DNA of 64,000 bases, taken from assembly GCF_009914755.1 (NCBI RefSeq), contig NC_060933.1; one strand, given 5' to 3'. The DNA is from the human T2T-CHM13v2.0 reference genome, Homo sapiens. Position 1 is the first letter of the stretch; each line of letters begins with the position of its first letter. Made by a program: the position numbers and the translations under genes. The notes under the pieces are model-generated. The model was not told the DNA's origin, did not search any database, and was given only the letters and a program-made list of their open reading frames with translations. Of this stretch, positions 14,265 through 27,005 are shown in pieces.

Positions 14265-14395
14265 CCATTAGCTAACTATTGGATCTTAGAAAAGTAGTTT
14301 TGGCTCCATGAGCCTCAATGTTGTCGTCTATAAAAAGAGGAATTTTGAATAGCCAATATGTAAGAACTCTTCCGGCTCTAATGCTCTACAATTCA
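14265..14395 (+). mobile_element. MIR3/MIRc
   Basis: gagcctcaatgttgtcgtctataaaaagagg...tcttccggctctaatgctcta. Confidence 0.6.
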
Positions 14396-14884
14396 CGCTA
14401 ACCAAGATTGACATTCATTGTTCACTTACTCACTTATTCAAATATTTCAATAAAATTCAATGTTTATTCAGTCCATACTGTGTACTATACACTATATTCA
14501 GCAACCTACATAGATTAACTCACGAAGTCCTCATAACAACACAACTTATGATCCAAAAATATCTTTTGTTTCAAAGTTTGCTGAAAGTCTTATTCTCCTC
14601 TATTCAATCTATGCTCTTTGACATAAAGATAATAATTTTAAATCAAAGTTCTTAACTGCATAATAAAAGAGAAAATAATAACCAATATTTATTAAATTAG
14701 GTGCCTTTTATGTGCCAGACACTGTGCTCAATTATTGGCACACTGTGTTGGACACATCTTCTGTGTCATATTGGGTTCTCTTAGTGCTAATCCCTTCTGG
14801 ACCTCAAAATGCTGGTAGCATTTTAGACCTCAGTAGCTCTAAGTGTCATTTCAAAATTTCATAATCCCCTTAATGATTACCAAC

Positions 14885-15085
14885 AGTTGAGCACCTACTG
14901 TTTACCTGGAATAATGATGGTCATTTCACATAAAGCTTCAACTCCTTGAGACATCATGAGGAACTGTTATTATCCTATTTCATAAAGAAGGAAACTAAGA
15001 CTCAGAGTAGCTAAGTAATTTGTCCAAGGGCTTATAGCTTTGGGATTTGAACTCAATTCTGTCTGATTCTGGAACACATGCTAAT
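14885..15085 (-). mobile_element. MIR
   Basis: aaggaaactaagactcagagtagctaagtaatttgtccaagg...ggatttgaactc...tctgtctgattc. Confidence 0.8.
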
Positions 15086-15183
15086 TGTCAAATTCGTAGT
15101 CACAAAAAACGGGTCACAGGTACACTCTGGAACAAGCGCTATAGGGTACCTGTGACCCATTTTCTGTGACTAAGAATTTGACA
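15086..15183. repeat. 98-bp inverted repeat (38-bp arms, 22-nt loop), unclassified
   Basis: 15086-15123 is the reverse complement of 15146-15183 at 35/38 positions. Confidence 0.95.
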
Positions 15184-15470
15184 CCTTGTAGTATTTGAAG
15201 CATCTCTCATGAAGCTTGCCTCTTCACCTTGTCATGGTGCAGAAATAAAGTAACTGGCCAATTAATTAATAAAGGTAGAATTCAGCATAAGAAGTTTTAC
15301 TTCATTTAGACAACCTAAAATTTAGATCTGAAATAATGTTTTTTCTAGTTATAAAAGCAATATGTATTCATTTTTAAACTTTTAGAAAATCACAAAGAAG
15401 AGCGTAAAAGTTATGCATCATCTTACATCTATGAAAAACATAGCTAACATTTCTTTTTCTGAATTACTTA

Positions 15471-15550
15471 ATGGTTAGGTGCTCAAATTATGGAGTCAGA
15501 CAGGCTTAGGTTCAAATTCCAGCTCAGGCAATTAATTGCTAGATGGATTT
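15471..15550 (+). mobile_element. MIR 5' fragment
   Basis: atggttaggtgc...tggagtcagacaggcttaggttcaaattccagctc. Confidence 0.7.
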
Positions 15551-15604
15551 GCATAGAGAGGATTCATTTTCTGTTTGTTACAAATTACTTCACTTTTAAA
15601 ATTA

Positions 15605-15862
15605 AAAATAGTAGCCAACACTTCTATATTTACTTTGTGCCAGGTAATCTTCTAACGCTTCATAGATATAGCTTATTTAATTTTTACAAAAAATCTTATA
15701 GTGTGGAAATGAATGTTGTCTCCCCTTTGCCAATGAGGAAACTGAGACAAAGAAAAGTAAAGTAATTTCCAAAATCACATAGCAAAAATGTTGTAGGGCT
15801 GGAATTTGAATCCAAGGTTTCTGACTCCACAACCTATGTTCTCAAACATTAATGACACTGTT
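15605..15862 (-). mobile_element. MIR, near full length
   Basis: tactttgtgccagg...atgaggaaactgagac...gctggaatttgaatccaaggtttctgactcca. Confidence 0.9.
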
Positions 15863-16941
15863 GCTGGTATTGTTTAATATTATTTCTTTAATGATTTTTA
15901 TTTTACAAAATTAGAATCATATTGAACATATTGTTTTGTTATCTGCTTTCCTCATTTAACAATATGCCTTCAACTTGTTTCCAGGTCATTAAATACTTTT
16001 AGGGAATACAATTTTTTGATGTCTGTGTGGTATTCAGTGAATGCCTAAAATGTAATTAACTTAGCCAAATCTCTATCATTAAGCATTTTGGATGTTTGTG
16101 ATTTTTCACTGTAATAAACAATACTGAGATGAACATCATTGTGCATGCGTTCTCTGGTTATTTCTTTTGGACAAATTCCTAGAAACAGAATTGCTCGGTC
16201 AAAAGGATACAACATGTTTTATATGGATATTGGTATTTTTTGTGATTATTGAGAAATTGTGGATCTCTCTCTGTAACCTTACCACATCAGGCATACTGCT
16301 GTGACAAGGGAACTATTAAAAAGTCACATAACTAGAGTTAAGACACACATTACACAGAATCTAGTATTTATTATATACAAAACCAATGGTTCATGAGACC
16401 AAACTTCTTGCTAATTCAGTTTGGAAAAATGTAATAACTACTTAACTCTACATGTTGAAACAACCCTACTTCAGGGTCTGGAGACAATAATCCATTGTAT
16501 CCATTGTTCAATTTCCCATTGTATAAGGTTCACACCCTGCTGAAGGGACTAGTGCTTGGTTGAGCAATTACTATGTGTCAGGCACTTAATTAGACCTGTA
16601 ATAGTGGTGCATTTGGCACTGGAAAATGTGCTTCACAGACAGGAAGCTGAGGGGTCATTTGATTTATCCAATGCCGTAAAGATAGTGAAAGGGAATTAGA
16701 GTGAGTCCCAGACCCACCTGTCCCTAGTTTGCTCCTTCTGTATGCCACCACACCACCCTAAAAGTTTAACATCCAGGAGGAAGTGCCACTGTAATCCTTC
16801 CCCTGCTTCTAATCTTAGTCTACTATGCAATTCTGGTCTCCCATCCAATAACTTTCACCTGAAATCTTACCTAACCTAAAAACTTCACTGCATCAATTTC
16901 TCCATGTTATCACTATCAATATCAAGAAAATTGGGTGTGTA

Positions 16942-17053
16942 TAGGGCAATGACCTCATCCTCATTTGCCCAGGAATATTCTGGTCTTAGCACTGAAAGCC
17001 TCTTATTTCAGAACTTCTTGGTCCCAAACAAACCAGGAAAACTGGTTAGTCTT
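16942..17053. mobile_element. MER81 (hAT-Blackjack MITE)
   Basis: tagggcaatgacc...tttgcccagga...ttagcactgaaag...gtcccaaacaaaccagga; 8-bp TSD ggtgtgta / ggtgtgga. Confidence 0.8.
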
Positions 17054-17109
17054 GGTGTGGAACTAAATAGTAAAACCTGGGTCAAATATTCACAGATATG
17101 TTTCTGTAT

Positions 17110-17570
17110 GAATCAATTAATTTTTTTATGTTTATTCACTGTCTCCTTCATTTACACATGTTCACTGAGTAGCCATTTCATGCTTAACTTTGCACTCTAG
17201 CTGGGATTCAGAGAGTGGTAAAACTTTACTTTCTTTTTCCCCTGGGTTAACAGTTTCCAAGAGGAAAGTATCAGGAAAGCATAATTAAACTGTGGGATAA
17301 ATGCTACAATACAATATGGAATAGGCACTAAAGTAGCACTGGGAGGGATCACCATTTGGGAAGATCAGAGGCAGTTTCCCATAGAAGGTGATATTTGTGC
17401 TGAGTACGGTGGATTCTGTGGGATTTATGCAGTGAAAAGCATGGGGTGACAACGGAGGACAGGGTGGTCCAGGAGGAGGGAACAACAAGAATAAAGGCTA
17501 GGAGAGAAAGGAATGGTGCATTTAGGAAACTTTAAGTGGTTAAGTATTGCTGGGACATAAGTGAAGTACT
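17110..17570 (-). mobile_element. L2
   Basis: atcagaggcagtttcccatagaaggtgatatttgtgctgag...ccaggaggagggaacaac. Confidence 0.7.
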
Positions 17571-17739
17571 TTAATAGCAGGATCCTGGTAATTGAGAGAA
17601 GGGAAGTAGAGGTAGAATGTGGTGAGCAAATTGCTGTCCATTACAGAAAAGGATAAGATTAGAGAAAGAGTGATGAAAGCCTATATTAGGACATTATGCA
17701 GAAAACAAGAGGAATTGGGGCTTGGTATTTGGGGACTTC

Positions 17740-18335
17740 ATTCATTGGGCAACAGTCACCCATTTGTTCATTTATTCTCTGATTTGTTTATTCTATAGAT
17801 ATTTTTGAGCATCTGCTAAAATGCCAATAATATTCTGGGTGCTGGTAATACAAAAATGAATAAAAAAGAAGCAACAGTCCCCCTCTTATGAAACTAACAT
17901 CCTAATAGAGATCTGACAAAGAACCAAAAGAATATACAAGTAAAGTTCATTCCAGAGAGGAATAAATAGAGCATAAAAATAAAAGGAGTGATGTGACAGC
18001 TAGTAGCTGGATAACAAGTTCAGATTGGGTTGTTAGACTAAGCTTGTCCGAAGAAATGTCATTTGCACAGTAACAGGAAAAATGAGAAAAGCTAGCTATG
18101 CTAAGGGAGTAGAAGATTGTTTTAGACATGGAAAAGAGCAAGAGCAAGACAAAACCTAGTTCAGCATATTGGAGGGATAGACAGAAAATCAGTGACACTG
18201 GAATATGGAAAAGAAAAAGGAGACGGGGCAGGGATACAGTCGGAGAGATCAACAAAGCCTAGTTGGAATAACGCCCGGTGCAATGGAAACTTATTGGAAG
18301 TTTATGAATGAAGGAGTGATGTCATTTAAGCTAGG
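17740..18335 (-). mobile_element. L2a
   Basis: atatttttgagcatctgctaaatgcc...ttctgggtgctggtaatacaaaaatgaataaaa...gtttatgaatgaaggagtgatgtcat. Confidence 0.75.
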
Positions 18336-19726
18336 GCTTTCTACACACAGACACAAAGTCACATACACCCATGTCGATCACCATTCAATTTCCCATTGTA
18401 TAATTCTTCAGTTTTATGACTGTGGGGAAATCATTTAACATACCTACTATGTGCCAGGCATACTACTAGTTCTGTGGACGTAGTGATGAGGAAAACAGAT
18501 ACACTCCCGTGTCCACAGAGTCTTGTCTCTCTGAAGCTCAAGTTGCTGACCCAAAATCGTGGTGATGATAGCTCTCATGTTGTAAAGATGGTATGATGAT
18601 CAAACAGACAAGACAAATGATAAGTAAGACATCTAGCTCAGTGCCTGATACTTAGAAAATGTCCAGTAAATGTTGAGCAGTTTCCACTTCCATTATGAAC
18701 CCATCATTTATAAGGCCAGCTCAAGGCCTTTTCCTATTTTTAGCTAACGCTATCTTAGTTCAGCTCAGTTAAATTTTTCAATCACAGATCACCCATTTGG
18801 TGAAATGATATATCCATACTTTGGTACTCCGATTACTCCCTCAGAGTTCCAAGGGCTACTAATTCATTTCAAACCCCAGTTCTGATTATTCTAACTCTTT
18901 TTCTAAAGAATTTGTTACAAAGTTATAAATATAATGAGAATAACCAGAGGTCAGCATGTCACTAAATGTCCTGTGTAGCAATGATCAAGAGCAGTGTATG
19001 TTCAAGCAGTGTATGATCAAGAATACATGTATGTTCAAGGTAGAAGGTGAAGCTGAGGCAGATGCCATATGGAGAATCTCTTAGGCTCTTAATTTCTATT
19101 TATTAATTTATTTTATTGTTTATTTATTGTAGATTGCATTTTTTTAATTTTTAAACTATATTTTCTTTGAAACATACAAAACAACACCTACTCACTTCAC
19201 TTCCTGGAACCAGCCTTTTACAGGGTCACGCACTATCTACTAGCTATCGGGGAAGTTTACTAATTACCAGCTCAGTGCGTGAACAGGGTCATAACATTTT
19301 TGAAGGAGCCATCTCTGAAGTTATTTCCTGTGCTTATTTTCGCATGTTAAAGATTTCTTAGAAAAGTGAATGTTGGCTGCAAGTTTTCAGAATTTCTTCC
19401 AACTTGCATCAACTCCAAAGGGATTTTGCAAGTTCCTCCAGCCATGCAGGTTCTCAGATTTGGAAATCTAGCATTATCAAGCAACCACTCCTCAAATTCT
19501 ACTATGAGCCAGATATTACATGCCAGGAAGTGTTCATGAAAGGGACATGAACTAGAATTCTGCCCTCAAGTCATTTGTATTCCAGTAAACATGACTTCCC
19601 ACTGCCTTCAGGCTAAAGCCCAGACTCTAAGCAAGGCCCCGGAGGCCTTTGGCAAGCTGCTTCTGCTCCACTTTCATACTTCCTCCTCCTCTGATCAAAT
19701 AACAGCTCTTCTTCCTTGGACATTTC

Positions 19727-19985
19727 TTTTTTTTATTTTTTAAATTAGTTTTTAAAATTTCTGTGGGTATATAGTAGGTGTATATATTTACAGGGTACAT
19801 GAGATGTTTTAATATAGGTATGTAATGTGAAATTAGCACATCATGGAGAATGGGGTATCCTTTCCCTCAAGCATTTATCCTTTCAGTTACAAACGATCCA
19901 ATTACATTCCTTAAGTTATTTTAAAATATACAATTAAGTTGTTATTGACTACAGTCACCCTATCATGAGATCAAACAGTAGATTT
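19727..19985 (-). mobile_element. L1MA1/2-like 3' end
   Basis: gggtatatagtaggtgtatatatttacagggtacatgagatg...catcatggagaatggggtatcc...cctcaagcatttatcc. Confidence 0.9.
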
Positions 19986-20411
19986 TTCAATCACTGCAAT
20001 CTTGCCTCTCTTTGAATTTGTCTCAGGTGATTTACCAGAAACAATTTCATGCAATGAAAAGAACACAAAAATCAAATTCACACCCTATAACTCATTTGTT
20101 GTGTGTTCTTCAGAGGTCAATTTCCCTTACTCAGTCTCAGTTTCCCTGGCTGTTAAATGAGTAGGTGTGGCTGTATTATCTCTGCTCTTACTTCCATCTA
20201 GGATTCTAGTGTCAAAAGTAGAATGAACAGAACATATCAAGAAATGTTACTAGATGTCTTCTCAGACAAAGGAAAATGAACTTTCTTCTGATCATTCAAT
20301 CCCATTTTCCCAGAATGATGAAGATGATGTCAAGAGAGATGGCTTAGAACTCTATGCATGCTACTTTTCTCCTTCTGTTTCCTAGTGGACATCTAATAAC
20401 ACTGATTGAGG

Positions 20412-20487
20412 ACTTGCTCAGTGTCAGGCATCAGCTCTCACAACCTCGCACTTGCTCAGTGTCAGGCATCAGCTCTCACAACCTCAC
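20412..20487. repeat. 38-bp tandem duplication within a MIR
   Basis: acttgctcagtgtcaggcatcagctctcacaacctc[g/a]c twice, 37/38 identical. Confidence 0.95.
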
Positions 20488-21159
20488 ATCAATATGGCGA
20501 TGTGTGGACTAGTATTTCCAAGCTACGTGTGGCTAAATGGAGGCTCAGGCAGGAGACTTGACCGAAATCTCATAGTAAAGTCATGGACTCAGGATGCAAA
20601 CAGGAGCTCAGTCTCCTTCCAAGGCAGCACAAAGTTTCCCCTATTCAGCCCATGTCCTGTATTTGGTCCTTATGCCCGAGCCTCCATGCAGATGTGACTG
20701 CTTAAGAAGACCACATAATAAGAATCTCAGTGACTAAGTGCTGTGCCAGCTCACGTTTACAGTGCCTGGCTGCCTTCTTCATGGTGGGTGGGGGAGAGAT
20801 CTAGCTCTGTATGTGATAAAGGGAAACCACAACAAGGCAATCCTTAGAACTATAAAACCAAATTAAATCATGGGTTCTGGCTGGGATTTAAACATCTTAG
20901 CTGCTCTAATTTCTCTAGAGAAACTAGGAGATCAAGCCAAGTCCCATCATGCACTCTCTTCTCAGTTATAGAGTGTTTTGTCCTAGGTTTTCAATCTGGT
21001 TTAACTGTGTCATTTGGGGAGGTGAAAACTTTCCAGGATGGAAGAAATTAGTCTTCCAAGCTTGAGGAGGACTTTCATCTCTCAGTATGCTCTGCTAACC
21101 ATGCTGGAAAACTAAGACCCTGGTGGGGTAAGTGAATAAGGTGGATGGCCCCTGTTTTC

Positions 21160-21375
21160 TGAGCATGGGCCATTCTCTGATAGCTTTACCCTTGTTAATT
21201 TTCACAGCAATGCCATCACATAAGTATTATCTTCATCCCCAATTTAAGATAAGGGAACTGAAGCTTAAAGAAATAAAGTAACTAACCTAAGCTCATGCTG
21301 CTAGCAGAGATGAAGCCATGATTCTAACTCTGGATCATCTGACATGAACACCTTTCCTTTTAAACCACATGACTA
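21160..21375 (-). mobile_element. MIR
   Basis: ccccaatttaagataagggaactgaagcttaaagaaataaagtaactaacctaagctcatg. Confidence 0.7.
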
Positions 21376-21699
21376 TCTCACCTGCACCTCCTGTCTTAGA
21401 ATGACGTGTGGGTCCCTGAGTAGAAATGAAAAATAACAGCCCAACCTGCCTCAAAGGAGACTTTTAGTTTTACAGTTACTTGGACTTGGGGAGCATGGGG
21501 AAATGCAGGTGGGCAGTTAAGACAAATGTTCAGAATAGCACTGGCACTCACACAGATAACAACTCCCACCACAAATCATTTGGTTGGAGGAAATGCACTA
21601 CCAAAGCAGAACTTAAGAAGGGAAGAGGGCATAAAGATAGAGGTAACATGCATATTTTGTAATTGATAAGAGGTGATATACCATAGTAAATAAGCATGC

Positions 21700-21910
21700 A
21701 GATCCTGTATCGAGATTGGAATCTCAGCCCCACCCTTACTCAGATAACCTTGAACTAATTATCTGTTCTCTTATTCTCTCTATCTTTAAACAGAAAATAA
21801 AAATATTGCAACCTAACAGGATTGTAATGAAGATTAAATGAATTCCTATCTATAGAGAACTTAGAAGATTATCTGGCACATTGTCAATGATATACATGCC
21901 TGCTAGTACT
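21700..21910 (+). mobile_element. MIR
   Basis: ggattgtaatgaagattaaatga...cttagaagattatctggcacattg. Confidence 0.7.
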
Positions 21911-23390
21911 ATTTTGAACAATTGTATATACATGTAATTTATATACCACACAATTCACCCATTGAGGTGTAAAATTAAGTGCTGTTTGACGTATTCATAG
22001 AGTTGTTCAGTTAGCATCTCAATCAATTTTAGAACATTTCCATCACTCTGAAAAGAAATGCTGTGTCTATTAATAGTCACTGCTTATTTCTTCCTAACGC
22101 CCTTGCCCTAGACAATCACTAATTTACTGTCTCTGCAGATTGGCCTATTCTGGATGTTTCATATAAATTAAATAATACAGTATGTGGTCTTTTGGGATGG
22201 GCTTCTTCATTTAGCATAATGTTTTCAAGGTTCATACACGTTATCGTATATATCACTACTTTATTCTTTTTTATGACTGCATAATATTCCATTGTGTGGA
22301 TATACCACATTTTATTTATTCATTTATTAGTTGATAGACATATGGGTGTTTCTACTTTTATGGCTACTATGAACAATAGTGCTTTGAATAACCTTGTTTT
22401 ATTTTCATTTTTCTTCCATATATAATCAGGAAGAAAATTGTAGGGTCATACAGAAACTTTAACTTCTTCAGGAGCTTCTAGACTATATTCCAAAGTCAGT
22501 GAAATATTTTTGTATTCCTTCCAGCAATGAATGTAGGCTCCAATTTCTACACACCCATCTTAAGACTCGTTATTGTCTGCCTCTTTTATTTTAGCCATCT
22601 CAGGTGACACCATGGGTGGCTGTGATGGTAACTAATTATGGTTCTGATTTGCATTTCACCAATGGCTAGTAATGTTAAAGTTGACAATCCTTTTATGTAG
22701 TCATTGTATATCTTCTTTGAAGGAATGTCTATTGAGATCCTTGGCCCATTTTTAAAAATTAGATTATTTATTCTTTTACTATTGAGTTGTAAGAGCTCTT
22801 TATAAATTATTGACACAAATCTCTTATTAGATATATGGATTTGCAAATACTTTATTTCATTCTTTGGCATGTATTTTCAACTTCTTTATGGTGTCCTTTG
22901 AAATACTAGATTTACTTTATTTTGATGAAGCCCCATTTATCTACATTTTTTCTCTTGTCATGGGTGCTTTTGGTGTCACAGCTATGAAGACTTTGCCTAA
23001 CCCAAGACAATGAAGTTGTACTCCTATATTTCATTCTAAGGGTTTTATAGCTTTAGAGCTATCATTTAGGTCTACAATTCATTCTGAGTTAATTTTTGTG
23101 TATGGTGTGAGGAAGGGAGTCTAACATCATTCTTACCCATGTAGATATCCAGTTTTCCTAGCATCATTGTTGAAAATGTTATTCTTTTCTCCACCAAATT
23201 GCCTTACACCTCTGTCAAAATTCATATGACCATAAATACAAGGGTTTTCTTTGGGACTTTAAATTCTGTTTCTTTGGGCTATATATCTGTGCTTATGCCA
23301 GTAGCACATTGTCTTGAATCCTTGATTACTATAGCTTTGAAATAAGTTCTGAAATCAACTTTGCTTTTCTTTTTAAAGTTTCTTTTGGCT

Positions 23391-23416
23391 TTTCCGGATG
23401 TATATATATCCGGAAA
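23391..23416. repeat. 26-bp near-perfect palindrome
   Basis: tttccggatgtatatatatccggaaa. Confidence 0.9.
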
Positions 23417-23474
23417 CAAACAAAAACAAACAAACAAAACAAAACAAACAAAAAACCAAAGCAAACAAACAAAA
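23414..23474. repeat. (AAAC/AAAAC)n simple repeat
   Basis: Read directly from the sequence. Confidence 0.9.
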
Positions 23475-23846
23475 GAAAGGCTACCTGGGATTTTGATAAG
23501 AACAGTGTGTTTAATCTGTAGCTCAAATTTGGTGAGTATTGCCGTCTTAACAACAGTGTCTTTTTATTCATCAATGCATGATGTCTTTACATTTATTTAA
23601 GTCATCTTTGATTTTTTTCAACACTTTTATAGTTTCTGGAGTATAAACTTTCTATTTCTTTTGTTAAATGCATTTATAAGTGTATTATTCTTTTATGAAG
23701 ATATTATAAATTAAATTATTTCAATTTTATTTTGGATTATTTATTGAATTATTATAAAGATATAACCACCACACTGTTTCATCATTTTTAAAGTACTGCT
23801 AATAAAAAAACATATATTTAAAATATTCTATTACACACATATAATA

Positions 23847-23944
23847 TTAGCTTGGAACATATGAAATTGCTGTTATTTTTTACCTTTTCTGGTATTCTAT
23901 TGTTTTTGACTTTTAAAAATAGATGTTTCATATGGTCAATCAAG
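23847..23944. mobile_element. MADE2-like mariner MITE
   Basis: ttagcttggaacatatgaaattgc ... tttcatatggtcaatcaag with TA-like flanks; longer than 80 bp because of an internal insertion. Confidence 0.65.
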
Positions 23945-23969
23945 TAAGTAGTGTATTTTGGAAATTTAT

Positions 23970-24170
23970 TCCAGACACTATGATGATAGTTAATTGCTTT
24001 ATTTCATTTATTTCACAAAATAACACTGTGAGGTGTATTATATATGACCCGCCTGTTTAGGCTTTCTTATATCTGAGGTTCAGGGATGCTACATAACTGG
24101 CCCAGACATAGACAACAGGTAAATTCAGAGTTGGGACTCAAAATCGGTATGCCCACCTCCAAGTTCATAC
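23970..24170 (-). mobile_element. MIR
   Basis: ctgaggttcagggatgctacataactggccc...agagttgggactcaaa. Confidence 0.6.
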
Positions 24171-24254
24171 ATTTGGAGTTGTCTGTATGGTAGAATATTA
24201 TGCATATTACTTAAGATCGTGAATTGCTAAAAGAAAGGGGTTGTGCTTATTACT

Positions 24255-24470
24255 TTGGAATATGAGCTTTGGAATTCATTCTGAATTTGAATGTCTAATT
24301 TCATCATTTACTAGGTGTTTGACTTTGAATTGATTACTTAACTTTTTCTCTGTAAAGTGAAACTACTAATTCTTAAGCCTTGGGTTGTGAAGATTAAAGC
24401 TGATTACATGCAGTGTATATGACCCAGTACCGAGCATATAGGAGGCATAGAACAACCTGGATCTGTTATT
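24255..24470 (+). mobile_element. MIR
   Basis: catttactaggtgtttgactttga...ctgtaaagtg...gggttgtgaagattaaa. Confidence 0.7.
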
Positions 24471-24824
24471 ACTGTACAATTTATCAGAGCATTCAAAGCG
24501 CTTTTGTAATAATTGACTCATTTATTTTTAAGACAATTAGGATGCCTAATAAAACATTGATAATTGCAATGGTTTTATAAGTTAAGTCAATTGTTTTGGG
24601 ACATTAAGCTATAAATCAGGAGAGACAGCAGTTACATGATAAATACAAAATCCAAACTCCTATATCCTCTGACTTGAAGTTTAACGCTATGCTCAAAAGA
24701 CTAGCTGTAATGCGCAGTGGTTTGTGCATGGCTGGAAAGTAAAAACCTCTGGGAATTAAAGTACTGGTCTAAATAGGCAGATTGCAAGCAAATACATTAA
24801 CATATAATTAATAAATCAATCAAA

Positions 24825-25352
24825 TTATTTCTGGCCACAACAACATCTCCCACCTCAAATGCTATCTTGCAATGTGGACTTGTCATTCTCTCATCAATAG
24901 GTAATGCTCTTTCCTCTTTAATTAAAGCTGAGCTGGTCATTTAATTTGATTTGACCAATAGAATGTCTCACAACTGACGTATAACTTTCAAAGCTAAGTT
25001 TTAAAATATATGCAGCTTCCACCTTCATATTTTGAAATGCTTCCTCTAAGAGAAAAGCCACCATGTTGTAAGCCCCAAGTAACCACACATATAGTAACCT
25101 ACATGAAGGACGACCATGATCCTTGGCTGATAGCCCCAGATGTGCCTCTAACCAGTAGCCAACACCAACTGCTACCCATTTAAGTAAGACAGTTTTAGAC
25201 TAAGCCCAGTCAATATCAATTGAAACAAAATAAAATGTCATCCAAGCCAAACCCAAAACTTTGACCCACTGAATCATGATCAACAAAATGTTTGTTGTTT
25301 TAAGCCACTGTGCTTCAGGGTAAATTATTACACGGTAGTAGATTGCCAAATA
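24825..25352 (+). mobile_element. MLT1G/H-type MaLR LTR
   Basis: ttgaccaatagaatg, gcagcttccacc, ttgttgttttaagccactgtgcttcagggtaaattattacac. Confidence 0.8.
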
Positions 25353-25747
25353 GCCTGAAATTCTCAGGTAAGAAAACAATGTAAGAATGTTATTTATTTC
25401 TAACTTGACACTGCTAAAAACATATACATTTTCTACTTTAACAACCATATTCATTCAACCATGCCTCCTTGCATACCTCTATCCTTCCAACAAATATGTT
25501 ACGTCTGCCTGCTAAGTTTTAGAAACTGTGTTAGACCTTATGGATACAGAAATGAATAGGAAACGTACATTCCTGTTCTTGTATGTCTATATGACTAAGA
25601 AGAAGAAACAATCATTGAATAATAACTACAAGTTAATAACCTGAAATCAGATAGCTTATAATAGAGAGTGCTAGGCTTTCTACTGGTCAGGGTTGACTCT
25701 CCCATCAGGGGCCACTGGCTTGGAAGGATGAGCAGGTGGCTACTTAT

Positions 25748-26340
25748 ATTTCAGTTATTACTATTGGATAATAACAACCTCCTCCATCCTGTTTTCCCAA
25801 CAAAACAATGGCATAAAACAAAAGTCCTATTATAGCGATGAATGCTGTGGGACAGGGCATAGAGAAGATAATGTGTCTCTGCTCTATGATGTCTGGGGCA
25901 TTAGCTGAGCAGAATTTTAAGCAAGGGGTGACTTGACAGCTGGGGGCTGGAAAAGTCTGGAGACACCTTCACTTATCGGGCTTGCATTTGATGCTGGTTG
26001 TCAGCCAGGATCTTGAATGGGCTCCTCAGCCTTAACCCCTATATGGGCTCTCCATGTGGTATCTCCACATGGGCTCGTTCAGGCTTCCTCATGTCATGGT
26101 ATGTGAATGCTAAGAGTAAATGTCTCAAGAGAAATTGTGGTAGAAGCTAGGGAATATGCCTCTTATGACCTAGCTTCAGAAGTTAGCAATGTCGCTTCCA
26201 TCACAGTGACAATCCACTTATATATAAGAGGAGAGAACATAGACCTACTACTTGATCACAGAAATATCAAAGTTTCATTGTGAGAGAAACTCATGGAATG
26301 GGAGAAATTGTTGCAATCATCTTTGGAAAATATAGTCTGT
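25748..26340 (-). mobile_element. MLT1F-type MaLR LTR
   Basis: tgtctctgctctatgatgtctgggg, ctctccatgtgg, ttatgacctagcttcagaagt, catctttggaaaatatagtctg. Confidence 0.85.
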
Positions 26341-26839
26341 TTAAAAATATATTAAAACACTATTTCTTTTAGATATCCATAAATGGGAAAAATAAATTTA
26401 TAGTTCTTAATTCTGAAATGTAAAAGCCACTCACATGCTAAGCCACATGAAGGTTTAAGAGCTTCTGTATCTCTTAGACCCGGAGTGCCTTAGGAGGAAA
26501 GCACAATTCTCATCATTACTGTAACTCCTTCCTGAAAAAAGAATCAGGGGTCTGTCTCTTTATTCATGATGTGATGATGGAAAGACATAGATTCCTCTAA
26601 TTGACTACAGCTTCTGAAGGAAAGCAACCACTAAAATTACAAGAGAGGATCCTTGAGAACGTATATTTGAAGAAACCACAAACTTTTATTAGATCAGAAG
26701 GCTCAAAGGAGTTACCATGGATATAAATTCCTCAATGCATTCATCAAGTTCATCTCCCGGACATCTTCTCTGCTTGAGTTACATGACTGTCTTTCATGTT
26801 CCCCTCTAATCCTAGAATTACCTACCTCCACCCTGGCAT

Positions 26840-27005
26840 CTACTCGATGTATTATGGTTACTTGTTTTTTTGTTTATTTCATTAGACTGTGAGCTCTCTG
26901 AGAATAGGGCATAGTTCTTATAAACTAGTAGGTCCTCAACATCTAATTATCTTATTGTTTAGAACACATTACTTTTCTATAAATATTTGCTTCACAAGTG
27001 CATGA
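26840..27005 (+). mobile_element. L2 3' end
   Basis: cattagactgtgagctctctgagaatagggc...ataaatatttg. Confidence 0.65.

Larger units (their letters stand above)
15335..16235 (-). mobile_element. L1ME4-like 3' end, interrupted by two MIRs
   Basis: ttataaaagcaatatgtattcattt... then acaaaattagaatcatatt...aaacaatactgagatgaacatc...aaattcctagaaacagaattgctcggtcaaaagg. Confidence 0.7.
21912..23765 (-). mobile_element. L1MB (MB3-5-like) fragment
   Basis: caattcacccatt...ttttagaacatttccatcac...gcctattctggatgtttcatataaat; ORF 22119-22310 gives the ORF2 C-terminal motif MWYIHTMEYY. Confidence 0.92.
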
